64,000 nucleotides of DNA from Deltaproteobacteria bacterium (GCA_038150265.1 JAYOTF010000003.1:64001-128000); one strand, 5' to 3'. Positions 29,009 through 39,891 are shown, counted from the stretch's first letter. Notes: a model not told the origin generated them from the letters alone. Made by a program: numbers and translations.

Positions 29009-30023
29009 CCTCCTCCGCTGATGAACCATACCGTCGCAACGCCTGCCCCTGCAGCAAGGGCGCGCAGGCGACCTGAACCTGGTGCCCAGGGGAGCGCCCC
29101 AACTGCGGAATCGCCTGATCGCAGACGCCGGGAGCAAACCACGGGCAGCGTGGGTGAAAGGTGCACCCGGACGGCAACTCCGTCAGCTTCGGAATGTCTT
29201 CGCTCCGGAGCCGGATGTGCTGCTTGCTCCGCGTCTTCTCCGGGTCCGGTTCGGGGATTGCCGAAAGCAGCACCTGCGTGTAGGGATGCTGGGGCTGCGC
29301 AATCAGTTCCGGAGTCGGTCCCACCTCCACGATCCGTCCGAGGTACATGACGGCAATCTGCCCCTCCCAGGCAAAGTACTTGGCCAGGGCCAGGTCATGC
29401 GTAATGAAGACAATCGTCACCCCCAGCTCATCCCGGAGCCTCATCATCATCTGAAGCAGCCCAATCCGGATGGAAACATCCACCATGCTTACCGACTCAT
29501 CGGCCACAATCAGCGAGGGATTCGTGGTCAGTGCCCGTGCAATGCTGACGCGCTGGCGCTGCCCGCCGCTCAGTTGGTAGGGGTACTTGTCGATCACGTC
29601 CCCAACCGGCGTCAGGTCCACCAGCTCCAGCAGCTCCGCCACCCGTTCGCGCGCGTGCCGACGGTTCCGGACCAGCTTGTGGTGCAGCAGCGGAAAGCTG
29701 AGCATCTGATCGATCGTGTGAACCGGATTCAGCGAGGCGTACGGGTCCTGATGAATGATCTGCACCGAACGGCGGTACTCCTTCAGGGCAGCTGGGCTGA
29801 GCGTCGCGACATCGTCTCCCTGAAAGTAGATCTGCCCTGCAGAAGGGGGCAGCAGCCCCGCAAGGATCTTCCCGGTGGTGGTCTTTCCGCAGCCACTCTC
29901 GCCCACCAGGCAAAGGAACTTCAACGGGTCCACCTCCAGGTTCACTTCCTGAAGCACCGGCACCTCGATCTTCCCCTTCCGGAAGGAGCGGGAGACGTTT
30001 TCAAGACGCATCAAGGCCGTCAT
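28998..30023 (-). CDS. Oligopeptide/dipeptide-family ABC ATP-binding protein (OppF/DppF-like)
   Basis: GESGCGKTT, QDPYASLNP, LSGGQRQR, HPYT, GCTFHPRC. Start MTALMRLE at 30023. Confidence 0.92.
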   Translation of the reverse strand: MTALMRLENVSRSFRKGKIEVPVLQEVNLEVDPLKFLCLVGESGCGKTTTGKILAGLLPPSAGQIYFQGDDVATLSPAALKEYRRSVQIIHQDPYASLNPVHTIDQMLSFPLLHHKLVRNRRHARERVAELLELVDLTPVGDVIDKYPYQLSGGQRQRVSIARALTTNPSLIVADESVSMVDVSIRIGLLQMMMRLRDELGVTIVFITHDLALAKYFAWEGQIAVMYLGRIVEVGPTPELIAQPQHPYTQVLLSAIPEPDPEKTRSKQHIRLRSEDIPKLTELPSGCTFHPRCPWFAPGVCDQAIPQLGRSPGHQVQVACAPLLQGQALRRYGSSAEEDGA

Positions 30024-31036
30024 GCAGACCCCTGTTGCCGATCGGTGATGGCTTCCGGATGCCAGCACGCCACCCGATGCTGGGCACGGGGCTGAAGCAC
30101 CGGCACGTCTTGCTGACACCGCTCGGAGGCAAAGGCACAGCGTGGGTGAAACTTGCACCCCGGAGGCGGATCAATCAGGTTCGGGGGAGACCCCTTGATG
30201 CTCGAAAGCTGATCCTTGCCGGGTTCCAGCTTCGGCACCGACGCCAGCAGGCCCTGGGTGTAGGGGTGCTGCGAGCGGTAAAACAGCTCATGGACGCCTC
30301 CGATTTCCACAATTTCTCCGGCATACATGGTGGCAACGGTGTCGGCCATTTCGGCCGCAAGGGCCAGGTCGTGACTGATGAAGATGATGCTGAACTGCAG
30401 CACCCGCTGCATCTCCCGGAGCACCTCAATCATCGCCCGCTGCGTGAGGATGTCCAGGGCCGTGGTCGGTTCATCCAGGATGACAATCTGGGGCTGCAGG
30501 AGGACCCCGAGTGCCAGCAGCGTCCGTTGCTTCATGCCGCCACTGAGTTCGTGAGGATACGAGGCATACACCCGTTCCGGATCCAGCCGCACCAGTTCCA
30601 GCAAACGCCAGGAGCGCTTCCGGACCTCCTTCCGGTCCGTCCAGCCGTGTGCCCGAGCCGTATCTTCAAAATGCTGAGCCACCGTCAGCACCGGATTGAA
30701 GGCATTTTGAGCCCCCTGAAACACCATGGCGCAGGCCTGCCAGCGGAAGCTCCGGAGCTGACGCTTGCTGAGCTGCAGGACCTCCCGGATTTCCTGCTGA
30801 TGCTGGTGCCGGATGGTCCCTGCGACAATCTGGGCATTCCGGGGAAGCTTGCGGATCAGCGAGAGGCTGACAGTGGTCTTGCCGCTGCCGCTCTCTCCAA
30901 TCAGGGCCAGGGCTTCGTTTTGATGAAGCCGAAAAGAGACGTTATTCGTCGCCAGCACCTCCCCACGTTCCGCCTGATAGATGATGGAGAGGGCCTCAAC
31001 GTCCAGCACCACGTTTTCCGGAAGAGCCTCCATCAC
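30020..31036 (-). CDS. Oligopeptide/dipeptide-family ABC ATP-binding protein (OppD/DppD-like)
   Basis: GESGSGKT, YPHELSGGMKQR, DEPTTALD, GCKFHPRC. Confidence 0.93.
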   Translation of the reverse strand: MMEALPENVVLDVEALSIIYQAERGEVLATNNVSFRLHQNEALALIGESGSGKTTVSLSLIRKLPRNAQIVAGTIRHQHQQEIREVLQLSKRQLRSFRWQACAMVFQGAQNAFNPVLTVAQHFEDTARAHGWTDRKEVRKRSWRLLELVRLDPERVYASYPHELSGGMKQRTLLALGVLLQPQIVILDEPTTALDILTQRAMIEVLREMQRVLQFSIIFISHDLALAAEMADTVATMYAGEIVEIGGVHELFYRSQHPYTQGLLASVPKLEPGKDQLSSIKGSPPNLIDPPPGCKFHPRCAFASERCQQDVPVLQPRAQHRVACWHPEAITDRQQGSA

Positions 31037-32241
31037 TTTCCTCGCAAACGGGGGTCAAACAGCTCTTCCAGGGCCCGGGCAAAGAGAACCAGACAGACCT
31101 GAAACAGGGCGATCGCCAGCACCGGAGAGAGCGCCATGCTGATGCCATCCGGATTGAAGAGCGTGCCACGGGTCCGGCCAAAGAAGAGCATGATGCCCCA
31201 GGTGTAGTCATTGATTGGAGCCAGCCCCAGCACCACCAATCCGATCTGTTCGTACATGGCCGAGGTGATGGCAAAGATCAGGTTGATCGCCACAAAGCTG
31301 ATCATGTTGGGCAGGATCTCCCGGAACATGATGTGCGGCGTTCCGAGCCCAAGCGACCGGGCGGCTTCCACAAAGTCACGCTCCCGGAGGCTCAGCACCT
31401 GCGCCCGGATGGCCCGCATCAGCGCTGGCCACCCGAGGAGGCCAATCAGCACCCCCAGCAGCAGCGTGTTCTCAAACGAAATCAGCCCGGCCAGCACCAC
31501 CAGTAACGGAAAACGCGGGATCGCCAGAAACAGGTTGGTGATGGCCGTCAGCGACTGATCGACCACGCCGCCGAATAATGCCGCCAGTGACCCCAGGCAC
31601 ACCGCGAGCACCGTGGAAAGAATGCCGCCCAGCAGCGCTGTCAGGATCAGCACCCGGCCTCCATGCACAATGTGCGACGCCAGGTCCCGGCCCTGGGTAT
31701 CGGTTCCCAGCAGCGACATGGGCCCAAGGGTGGGGTTCGAGATCACCACCGTTTCCTGGATCAGCTTCTGAAAGGCGGGGTCGTCTGCCTGCTCCACGGC
31801 TTCCTTCCAGGCCTGAGAGTAAACAAGTGTCGCCGCGATCTTCTGGTTGGCCACATCCTTCAGCGCGGCCTCAATGCCGGGTCCGGAAATGCGGCTGCGC
31901 CACCGGTAGCGCTTGGCCTTGGGAGGCGTGTCTGTGGTCTCGGCAAACTCCTTGAGGAACAGCAGGCCTCCGGTCTGACTGACCACGCCCACCGTTTCTC
32001 CAGCAAGGTCCTCCAGGGTCCGGAAGCGTTCCGCGTTGTCCCGATGCACCGCCAGCTGCAACCGCGACCCCGGAGGAGCGGTGATCTCATCCAGCTTCGG
32101 CTGATCATCAAAGGGCACCACATACGGCAGGAGGAAGGTGAGGATGAAGTACCCGATCAGGCCCAGCAGGCCGATGAAGCCTGCCCGGTTGGCACGGATC
32201 TGGTGAAAGAGGGTGACGAGTTGGCGAAACCGGGAGGCCAC
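31033..32241 (-). CDS. ABC permease (OppC/DppC-like) with an inserted periplasmic domain
   Basis: GTG start just after the upstream permease stop. LLGTDTQGRD, RAIRAQVLSLRERDFVEAARSLG (EAA motif), DPRLR. About 115 extra residues precede LGTD. Confidence 0.88.
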   Translation of the reverse strand: MASRFRQLVTLFHQIRANRAGFIGLLGLIGYFILTFLLPYVVPFDDQPKLDEITAPPGSRLQLAVHRDNAERFRTLEDLAGETVGVVSQTGGLLFLKEFAETTDTPPKAKRYRWRSRISGPGIEAALKDVANQKIAATLVYSQAWKEAVEQADDPAFQKLIQETVVISNPTLGPMSLLGTDTQGRDLASHIVHGGRVLILTALLGGILSTVLAVCLGSLAALFGGVVDQSLTAITNLFLAIPRFPLLVVLAGLISFENTLLLGVLIGLLGWPALMRAIRAQVLSLRERDFVEAARSLGLGTPHIMFREILPNMISFVAINLIFAITSAMYEQIGLVVLGLAPINDYTWGIMLFFGRTRGTLFNPDGISMALSPVLAIALFQVCLVLFARALEELFDPRLRGK

Positions 32242-32242
32242 G

Positions 32243-33265
32243 TTAGCGCTCCCCTGAAACACGAACCCGCGGGTCCAGCAGGCCGTAAGTGAGGTCCGCA
32301 AAGACGTTCGCCAGCACAACGGTCATCGTCAGAATGAGAAACACGCCCTGCATGGAGGTGTAGTCCCGAACGGTGATGGACTGAAAGAGGTAGTGCCCGA
32401 GCCCCCAATAGACGAAGATCTCCTCAATCACCACGCCACTGCCCAGCACAAAGCCGATGCTGATGGTGAGCTGCGTGAAGAGCGGGAGGGAGGCATTCCG
32501 GCCAACGTAGGCGGTGATGATCCGGGAGTCATGCAGCCCCCGGGCTTCGGCAACGTTGACGTAATCCTCATTGAGGACCCCCATCGTGCTGCTCTTCATG
32601 TTGAGCATCCAGCCCCCCAGGGCACTGACGACGTAGGTGACGATGGGGAGCAGCGCATGCTGAAAGGCGCTGAGGAGGAAGGGGAGGTTCAGGCCAGGCT
32701 CCAGGCCAGGGTCATACGTCCCCCGCACCGCGCCGACGTTGAACCAGCGGAGCTGCACCCCCAGCACAATCACAATCAGCAGCCCCCAGATGTAGTTGGG
32801 GATGCCCGTCATGAAGGAGGCAAACAGCGACAGGAAGTAGTCCAGCGAGGAGTTCCGGTAGTAGGCCATCACCATCCCAAGCAGGATGCCCAGCACAAAA
32901 CTCAGGAGCAGCCCGGTGCCCACCGCAAAGACCGTCCACGGCAAAAACCGGATGATCTCGTCTCCCACGCTGGTTCCCGGAGAGGTGATGGAGGTTCCCA
33001 GGTCCAGGCGCGCCAGGTCGCCCAGCCACCCGAGGTACTGATCCCATACGGAAGCATCCGGATCCAGATCAAAGCTGGCGGCCACGCGGTCGTAGGCTTC
33101 CGAATAGGCAATGCCTTCATTGGTCAGGATCTGCTCCACCAGGATCTCAATGGGATTGCCCGGCATCAGCCGAACGAGCGCAAAGGTGAAGGTGGTCACC
33201 GCCCAGATGGTAAACACCGCTTGAACGAGAACGCGGAAGGGGTAGCTCTTGAGCAGCGTGCGCAT
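32243..33265 (-). CDS. ABC permease (OppB/DppB-like)
   Basis: RLMPGNP, DLGTSI, EDYVNVAEARGL, RDYTSMQG, LDPRVR. Confidence 0.92.
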   Translation of the reverse strand: MRTLLKSYPFRVLVQAVFTIWAVTTFTFALVRLMPGNPIEILVEQILTNEGIAYSEAYDRVAASFDLDPDASVWDQYLGWLGDLARLDLGTSITSPGTSVGDEIIRFLPWTVFAVGTGLLLSFVLGILLGMVMAYYRNSSLDYFLSLFASFMTGIPNYIWGLLIVIVLGVQLRWFNVGAVRGTYDPGLEPGLNLPFLLSAFQHALLPIVTYVVSALGGWMLNMKSSTMGVLNEDYVNVAEARGLHDSRIITAYVGRNASLPLFTQLTISIGFVLGSGVVIEEIFVYWGLGHYLFQSITVRDYTSMQGVFLILTMTVVLANVFADLTYGLLDPRVRVSGER

Positions 33266-33308
33266 GCAGACGGGTCAGCGGAGTGAGAGAGGCGTGAGGA
33301 GCCGTGAA

Positions 33309-33327
33309 GGCCGGAAGAACTCCGGCC
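33309..33327 (-). promoter_or_regulatory. Hairpin downstream of the binding-protein gene
   Basis: GGCCGGA-AGAAC-TCCGGCC inverted repeat in the gap between the SBP and permease genes. Confidence 0.5.
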
Positions 33328-33338
33328 CTCTGGGTTCA

Positions 33339-35057
33339 TTACTGAGCAGGAGCCACGCCTCCAGTCAGGATCAGGTAGGACATCCAGTTGTCGGTGCCGC
33401 CCCCGAAGTTCGCATAAATCGGGTCCTCCTCTGCCGGAACCTGAAGGAAGTTGCGGTTCAGCGCGTTGTTGGTGTAGCGCTCCCACAGCGGAATCGCAGG
33501 CAGCAGCTCATTGTAGGAAAGCGCGAGCTGCGCCACGAGCTTTGCCTGTTCCTGACGGTTCACCCCCTCGGCGCTGGAGTTGGAGGCGTCAAACACGTTC
33601 AGGGCGCCGCCACTGTAGGTCACATTCATCTTGAAGCCCATGCCGCCTCCTTGCTCCCCGGCCAGCTCACCCTGGCCGTTGTAGCGGTTGTAGGCCTGCA
33701 GGAAGCTCCGGGCCGGGATCGGGTCGCCCAGTCCCCAGTTCCGGACTGCCAGCTGGAAGTTGCCCTCGTAGATGTCCTTGGGGTGCTGCTGAAACTGCAC
33801 TCCCCGGAGTTGGATGTCAAATCCGAAGGCGTTCAGCTGCGCCGCTGCATTTTCAGCTGCAGCCGACCAGTCGGCATATTCCTGCGGGTAGGTCAGCTCA
33901 AACGAAAGGAGCTTTCCCTGGTCATCATGCCACTGGCCGTTGCCGTCCTTGGTAAAGCCGATGCCTTCCAGCAGTTCAGCAGCACGATCCGGATCGTACT
34001 CATACGGGTTGAGTTGCTCCAGGGTGTCATCTGCAAGCCAGGCTCCGGAGAGGCCATCGCTCATGCCGGTGAGGAACTCGACGGCAACTCCGGACTCGCC
34101 GAGGCTGACGTAGCCGTTCTGCTCGCGGTCAATGGCATAGGCCATCGCCTGCCGCACCTCAACTCGTCCAAGCGGATAGACCCGATGATTGAGGTAAAGG
34201 CCGGGGCCGTTGTTCATGCCAGAACGGACGATGTCAATGCCCTGTTGGGCAAAGACCTTTTCCGTTGTGGGGGGAATGCCATGGGTGATGTAGTGCAGTT
34301 CCTCATTGGCTACCAGCGGGGTCACCACCTCCGTCTCGCCGTTCCACATCCGGACCGCGTCAAACTTCTGAAGGTTGCCCGCAAATCCCTTCCGGTTGAG
34401 GCGCATCATCAGGTTCGACTCGTTGATGCTCGACGGCTCAATCGCATACGGACCCGCTGAGACCGGCACTTCCGGACGGAACTTGGTCAATTCATTCAAG
34501 AGGCTGTCCCAGGCTTCGGTTCCGGGAGTGAGTGATTCCACCCGCGCCGCAAGGGGGCCGTACACGCTGGACGCCCGGACGTTTGTGGTGAGAATGAGGC
34601 GCTCCACCAAACTCGACGGCGCGTCCATGAGGAACCTGACGGTCTGGGCATCCACCTTTTCCACACCCGTGAGGCTCTTCCACACCGTGTCGCCCCGCAA
34701 CTTGAAGATCCGGAACGTTGCCACCAGGTCATCGGCACTCAGGGCACTGCCATCGCTCCAGGTCACCCCCTGAACCAGTTTGACGACGTAGCTTCCGTCA
34801 GCATCCCAGCCAAACGAGTCCGCCAGCATGCCTTCGTACTCTCCGGTCGCCCACTTCAAGATCGCCAGGGGCGGCTCATGGATGTCCTGATACTGTCCCA
34901 GCAACAGGCCGTTGGAGGCAAAGGTATTGAAGTGTCCCGTCGGAGGAACCTGGTAGGGCCAGGCGACGTTCAGCACGCGCTCTTGCGCCTGAACCGGTGC
35001 GAGGGTGAGGAGGAGAACAGAGAGGGTCCAGAAGAAGGAGAGGAGTTTGAGTCTCAT
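33339..35057 (-). CDS. ABC substrate-binding protein, family 5 (peptide/oligosaccharide)
   Basis: Signal peptide, GVTWSDG..LSADDL, VSAGPY, VRQAMAYAIDR, YEYDPDRAAELLEGIG. Confidence 0.9.
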   Translation of the reverse strand: MRLKLLSFFWTLSVLLLTLAPVQAQERVLNVAWPYQVPPTGHFNTFASNGLLLGQYQDIHEPPLAILKWATGEYEGMLADSFGWDADGSYVVKLVQGVTWSDGSALSADDLVATFRIFKLRGDTVWKSLTGVEKVDAQTVRFLMDAPSSLVERLILTTNVRASSVYGPLAARVESLTPGTEAWDSLLNELTKFRPEVPVSAGPYAIEPSSINESNLMMRLNRKGFAGNLQKFDAVRMWNGETEVVTPLVANEELHYITHGIPPTTEKVFAQQGIDIVRSGMNNGPGLYLNHRVYPLGRVEVRQAMAYAIDREQNGYVSLGESGVAVEFLTGMSDGLSGAWLADDTLEQLNPYEYDPDRAAELLEGIGFTKDGNGQWHDDQGKLLSFELTYPQEYADWSAAAENAAAQLNAFGFDIQLRGVQFQQHPKDIYEGNFQLAVRNWGLGDPIPARSFLQAYNRYNGQGELAGEQGGGMGFKMNVTYSGGALNVFDASNSSAEGVNRQEQAKLVAQLALSYNELLPAIPLWERYTNNALNRNFLQVPAEEDPIYANFGGGTDNWMSYLILTGGVAPAQ

Positions 35058-35242
35058 CGGGCTTCCTTGCGAAAGAAGGTCAACAGTGCGGGCATCATGA
35101 GCAGCATCAGCGTCATGTTGAAGGCGTGAGGGAGCCTGAGCATTCGGGGTAGGCGAGCCGTCCCCACGTCCGGAGATGGTGCCGAAAGATACCGGATTTG
35201 GGCGGGAATTGGTAGGGGTTTTCTGAAAAATCAGAAAAACTT

Positions 35243-36226
35243 TCAGAGAATTGGGCGCAGGCCCATGCGTTCGCGGACCCGAGACAGGACTCCACGGGCC
35301 ACGGCTTTTGCCTTGTCTCGCCCTTCTTCCAGCAGCCCGTCCAGGTGCGTCAGGTCGGCACGGAGTTCGTGGTAGCGCTCCCGGGCATCGGCGAGTTCCG
35401 CGTTGATCAGCTCAAAGCAGGCCTGCTTGGCTTCACCGTATCCCATGCCCCCGGCTCGGTAGCGTTCGGCGAGTTCCGCCTGCTGGGCTTGGTTGGCAAA
35501 GCAGCTGAAGAGCGCAAAGACGTTGCACTGATCCGGATCCTTGGGGGCTTCCACCGGCGTGGAGTCCGTCTGGATGCGCATGATGGCCTTGCGGAGCTGC
35601 TTCTCTGGGGCGAAGAGGGGGATGACGTTGTTGTAGGACTTGCTCATCTTCCGACCATCGAGCCCGGGAATGACAGCCAGCTGCTCCTCAATCAGGGGCT
35701 CCGGGACCACAAAGGTCTCACCGTAGAGGTGATTGAAGCGCTGGGCGATGTCGCGGGTGATCTCGAGGTGCTGCTTCTGGTCCTTCCCCACGGGCACGAC
35801 GTGGGAGTCGTAGATGAGGATGTCCGAGGCCATCAGGACGGGGTAGCAGTAGAGGCCCATGTTGACGTCGGAATCCTTGGTCTGCGCGTCCTTGAAGGCG
35901 TGGGCGCGGTCCATCAGGCCCTTGGACGTCACACAGGAGATGAGCCAGGTGAGTTCCGTGACTTCTGGGAGGTCGGACTGACGGAAGAAGGTATTGGCCT
36001 GGAAGTCCATTCCCAGTGCCGCAAAGATGGCCGTCAGGTCGTAGGAGTGCTCCGCCAACAACTCCGGTTCGCGCAGAGTGGTCAGCGCATGATAGTCGGC
36101 GATGAAGTAGAAGGTTTCATGCGTCTCCTGAAGCTTCAACGCCGGCTTGATCATGCCCAGGTAGTTCCCGAGGTGCGGGGTCCCGGAAGGCTTGATGCCG
36201 GAGAGCGAACGAGGCTTGACCGCCAT
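35243..36226 (-). CDS. trpS: Tryptophan--tRNA ligase
   Basis: LSGIKPSGTPHLGNYLG, YPVLMASDIL, VPVGKDQKQHLE, KMSKS. Start MAVKPR at 36226. Confidence 0.96.
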   Translation of the reverse strand: MAVKPRSLSGIKPSGTPHLGNYLGMIKPALKLQETHETFYFIADYHALTTLREPELLAEHSYDLTAIFAALGMDFQANTFFRQSDLPEVTELTWLISCVTSKGLMDRAHAFKDAQTKDSDVNMGLYCYPVLMASDILIYDSHVVPVGKDQKQHLEITRDIAQRFNHLYGETFVVPEPLIEEQLAVIPGLDGRKMSKSYNNVIPLFAPEKQLRKAIMRIQTDSTPVEAPKDPDQCNVFALFSCFANQAQQAELAERYRAGGMGYGEAKQACFELINAELADARERYHELRADLTHLDGLLEEGRDKAKAVARGVLSRVRERMGLRPIL

Positions 36227-36227
36227 G

Positions 36228-36506
36228 TCAGGCGCTGGCGACCTCAGCTTGCGCTGGCACGATGTGGATGTACTTGCGGTTCTTGGAGCCGCCCTGGCGG
36301 AACTCGACGTAGCCGTCTGCCAATGCAAACAGCGTGTAGTCCTTTCCGGTCCCCACGTTGTTGCCTGCGTGGAAGGTGGAGCCGACCTGGCGGACCAGGA
36401 TGTTTCCCGCTTTCACCAACTCTCCACCGAACTTCTTGACGCCGCGGCGTTTTCCAGCAGAGTCTCGTCCGTTGCGGCTACTGCCGCCTGCTTTTTTGTG
36501 TGCCAT
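36228..36506 (-). CDS. rpmA: 50S ribosomal protein L27
   Basis: [30 protein letters not shown]. Confidence 0.97.
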   Translation of the reverse strand: MAHKKAGGSSRNGRDSAGKRRGVKKFGGELVKAGNILVRQVGSTFHAGNNVGTGKDYTLFALADGYVEFRQGGSKNRKYIHIVPAQAEVASA

Positions 36507-36511
36507 ATCCG

Positions 36512-36826
36512 TTACGCGCTAATCGATTCAATCTTTACCAGCGTGCGTTGCTGGCGGTGTCCCTGGGTCTTGCGGTAGCCCTTGCGGCGCTTGCGCTTGA
36601 ACACAATCACCTTCTTGTCCTTGCGGTGATCCACAATGGTGCCCACCACTTTGGCGCCGGCCACGGTAGGGGTGCCCACCAGCAGCTCGCCATCTTCTTT
36701 GCTGACCGCCAGCACCTGGTCATTTTCGTAAGCGGCCCCGGGCTCCGCCTGGAGGCTGTCCAAGCGAACCGTCTCGCCGGGCTGCACCCGAACCTGACGG
36801 CCTCCGGCCTTAATGATTGCGAACAT
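36512..36826 (-). CDS. rplU: 50S ribosomal protein L21
   Basis: [32 protein letters not shown]. Confidence 0.97.
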   Translation of the reverse strand: MFAIIKAGGRQVRVQPGETVRLDSLQAEPGAAYENDQVLAVSKEDGELLVGTPTVAGAKVVGTIVDHRKDKKVIVFKRKRRKGYRKTQGHRQQRTLVKIESISA

Positions 36827-36862
36827 CTTTCTCCTTCAATCTCAGAAAACGCAAAACTCACT

Positions 36863-36891
36863 TTTATAGGGGATCTCCCCACGAATGACAA
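36863..36891 (-). promoter_or_regulatory. Sigma70 promoter of rplU-rpmA-trpS
   Basis: TTGTCA-N17-TATAAA on the minus strand, about 37 nt upstream of rplU. Confidence 0.65.
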
Positions 36892-36909
36892 GCGTTTTCT
36901 GAGACTCCA

Positions 36910-38301
36910 TCAGCGGTGCAACGCGGTGGCAACCTGGGTGAGGCTGTCCTTGGCGTCCCCGAACAGCATCCGTGTGTTCTCCCGGAAGTACAGCGGGTTC
37001 TCCACTCCGGAATAACCGGTGGCCATGGTTCGCTTGAGCGCGACGACCATCCCGGCTTTCCAGACTTCAAGGACCGGCATGCCATAAATCGACATGCCAG
37101 GGTCATCCTGAGCCCCGGGGTTCACAATGTCGTTCGCCCCGATGACCAGCACCAGGTCGGTATCAGGGAAGTCCGGATTCAGCTCCTCCATCTCCAGCAC
37201 AATGTCGTACGGCACTCCGGCTTCAGCCAGCAGAACGTTCATGTGCCCAGGCATCCGCCCTGCCACCGGATGGATCGCAAAACGGACCTCCACGCCTTCG
37301 GCCCGGAGGGTCTCGGTGATGTCCTTGACCACATGCTGAGCCTGCGCAACGGCCATGCCGTACCCTGGAACAATGACGACCTTCCGGGAGTTCTTGAGAT
37401 GATCCGCCACTTCTTCAGCATGGGTCGCAACGGCTTCCCCGGACTGGGTGGTGCTTTCCAGAACCGTCCCCTCTTCCACGCCCCAGCCTCCGGAGATGAC
37501 ACTGAGGAAGGGGCGGTTCATGCCCACACACATGATGTAGCTCAAGATCGCGCCGCTGCTTCCCACCAGCGCCCCGGTTACGATCAGCAGGTCATTCGAC
37601 AGCATGAACCCCGCCATCGCAGCAGACAGTCCGGAGTAGCTGTTGAGCATGGACACCACCACAGGCATGTCCGCGCCACCGATCGCCATCACCATGTGCA
37701 CGCCGATGGCCCCGGCAACAACCGCAATGAGCAGGAGGATGAACCAGTGGTTGCTCGTTTCTCCGGCCAGCACCACCGTTCCCAGAATGAGGATGGCCAC
37801 CAGGCCCGTCAGGTTGAGCAGGTTCCGGTTGGGCAGGATCACCGGCTTGCTGCCGATGCGGCCACTCAGCTTTCCAAAGGCCACCACAGATCCGGTGAAG
37901 GTGTAGGTGCCAATCACCACACCCAGCATGATCTCCACCTCGTGGATGATCAACTCGGCGCCCGTGTAGGCTCCGGAGTTGAGGTAGCTGGCCAACCCCA
38001 CCATGGCGGCCGCGAGGCCTCCGAAGCTATTGAGGATGGCCACCATCTCTGGCATCTGCGTCATCTCCACTCGCGTTGCCGCCAGCCACCCGAGGACGGA
38101 CCCCGCAAGGAGCATCAGCAGCAGCCAGAAGTAATTTCCCGACTCCGGAAGAAACAATGTGGCAAGCACGGCGAGGCTCATTCCAGCAACCCCCAGCAGG
38201 TTTCCCCGGCGCGCGGTATCCTGACGGCTCAGGCCGCCAATGCTGAGAATGAAGAGGACACTGGCAATGATGTAACTAACAGTAATGATTCCTTGAGGCA
38301 T
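36910..38301 (-). CDS. pntB: NAD(P) transhydrogenase beta subunit
   Basis: [66 protein letters not shown]. Confidence 0.97.
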   Translation of the reverse strand: MPQGIITVSYIIASVLFILSIGGLSRQDTARRGNLLGVAGMSLAVLATLFLPESGNYFWLLLMLLAGSVLGWLAATRVEMTQMPEMVAILNSFGGLAAAMVGLASYLNSGAYTGAELIIHEVEIMLGVVIGTYTFTGSVVAFGKLSGRIGSKPVILPNRNLLNLTGLVAILILGTVVLAGETSNHWFILLLIAVVAGAIGVHMVMAIGGADMPVVVSMLNSYSGLSAAMAGFMLSNDLLIVTGALVGSSGAILSYIMCVGMNRPFLSVISGGWGVEEGTVLESTTQSGEAVATHAEEVADHLKNSRKVVIVPGYGMAVAQAQHVVKDITETLRAEGVEVRFAIHPVAGRMPGHMNVLLAEAGVPYDIVLEMEELNPDFPDTDLVLVIGANDIVNPGAQDDPGMSIYGMPVLEVWKAGMVVALKRTMATGYSGVENPLYFRENTRMLFGDAKDSLTQVATALHR

Positions 38302-38334
38302 GATTCGACTCGGCTGAAATTAATCTGAAGGCAA

Positions 38335-39891
38335 CTACTTGCGGAACATTCCCAACATCCGGTGGGTCACCAGGAACCCGCCCACGATGTTGATGGTTGC
38401 AATCAGAACCGCGAGTCCAGCAATCAAGGGACTGGTTCCGGAGAGGTGCATGATGCCCCCCAGCACAATGATGCCACTGATGGCATTGGTTGCACTCATG
38501 AGGGGGGTGTGCAGGGAAGGAGCCACGTTCCAGACCACCATGTACCCCACAAAACACGCCAGGACGAAAACGGTCAGGTGCGAGAGGAAGGCCGTGGAGC
38601 CCCCCATTCCCACCAGCAGCACCAGCAGGGCCGCGAAGCCATAGGCCACCTTGCGGTTGAACAGACGCTCCAGCGCAGAGGGCTCCGGTTCCGGAGCCGG
38701 AGGAGCGGGCTCTGTCGGTTTGGCTTCCGCAGCAGCAGGAGCCGCTTCCACCACTTGAGGAGCCGGAGGAGGCCAGGTGACGGCTCCCTCATGCGTCACC
38801 GTGACGGCACGGGTGATTTCGTCTTCCAGGTCAATCTGGAAGTTTTCTGCGTCTCCGAGGTGCTGCAGGAGGCGGATCAGGTTGTTGCTGTAAAGCTGGC
38901 TGGCCTGCGTGGGCAACTGACTCGGCAGGTTCGTTGCTCCAATGATGGTCACGCCGTGCGCCTGAGTCACCTCACCGGGTTGCGTCAAGGCGCAGTTGCC
39001 TCCGGTTTCAGCCGCAAGGTCCACAATCACGGAGCCCGGACGCATCCGCTTCACCATGTCTTCGGTGATCAGGCGGGGGGCCTGTTTTCCGGGAATGGCA
39101 GCGGTTGTGATGATGATGTCCACTTCTTCCGCCTGCTGCGTGAAGAGCGCCATTTCTGCCGCAATGAAGGCCTCGCTCATTTCCTTCGCATACCCGCCCT
39201 TGCCGGTTCCGTCCTCCTGCAGCTCCACCTGCAGAAACTCGGCTCCCAGGCTCTTCACTTCATCCTTGACGGCAGGGCGCGTATCGAACGCCCGGACGAT
39301 GGCACCGAGGCTCTGCGCAGCGCCAATGGCCGCCAGCCCTGCCACACCGGCCCCAATGACCAGCACCTTCGCCGGAGGAATGCGGCCAGCCGCTGTGATC
39401 TGTCCGGTGAAGAAGCGACCAAAGTGATTGGCCGCCTCAATGACGGCACGGTAGCCCGCAATGTTGGCCATTGAGCTGAGCACATCCATCGATTGCGCCC
39501 GGGAAATCCGAGGAATCGCGTCCAGCGCCAACGCCGTGACCTGCGCCTGTGAGAGCTTCTTGAGCAGCTCCTCATTTTGTCCGGGAGACAAGAGGCAGAT
39601 CAGCTTTTGTCCGGGACGCAGCATCCGCGTTTCCTGACGCCGGAGCCTGGGATGCCTTTCCGGAGGATGAACCTTGAGGATCAGGTCAGCCTGTGCCCAC
39701 ACCTCTGCAGGATCGGCCACAATTTGGGCGCCGGCTTCTTCATAAAGGGGATCGGGAAAACTGGCGAGACGACCGGCCTCACTCTCCACCAATACCGAAA
39801 ATCCTAGCTTCTTCAGAGCAACAACACCTGCCGGAACCAGCGCCACACGCTGCTCATCGGCCCGTACTTCTCGGGGAACACCAATGATCAT
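38335..39891 (-). CDS. pntA: NAD(P) transhydrogenase alpha subunit (single-chain type)
   Basis: [60 protein letters not shown]. Confidence 0.97.
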   Translation of the reverse strand: MIIGVPREVRADEQRVALVPAGVVALKKLGFSVLVESEAGRLASFPDPLYEEAGAQIVADPAEVWAQADLILKVHPPERHPRLRRQETRMLRPGQKLICLLSPGQNEELLKKLSQAQVTALALDAIPRISRAQSMDVLSSMANIAGYRAVIEAANHFGRFFTGQITAAGRIPPAKVLVIGAGVAGLAAIGAAQSLGAIVRAFDTRPAVKDEVKSLGAEFLQVELQEDGTGKGGYAKEMSEAFIAAEMALFTQQAEEVDIIITTAAIPGKQAPRLITEDMVKRMRPGSVIVDLAAETGGNCALTQPGEVTQAHGVTIIGATNLPSQLPTQASQLYSNNLIRLLQHLGDAENFQIDLEDEITRAVTVTHEGAVTWPPPAPQVVEAAPAAAEAKPTEPAPPAPEPEPSALERLFNRKVAYGFAALLVLLVGMGGSTAFLSHLTVFVLACFVGYMVVWNVAPSLHTPLMSATNAISGIIVLGGIMHLSGTSPLIAGLAVLIATINIVGGFLVTHRMLGMFRK

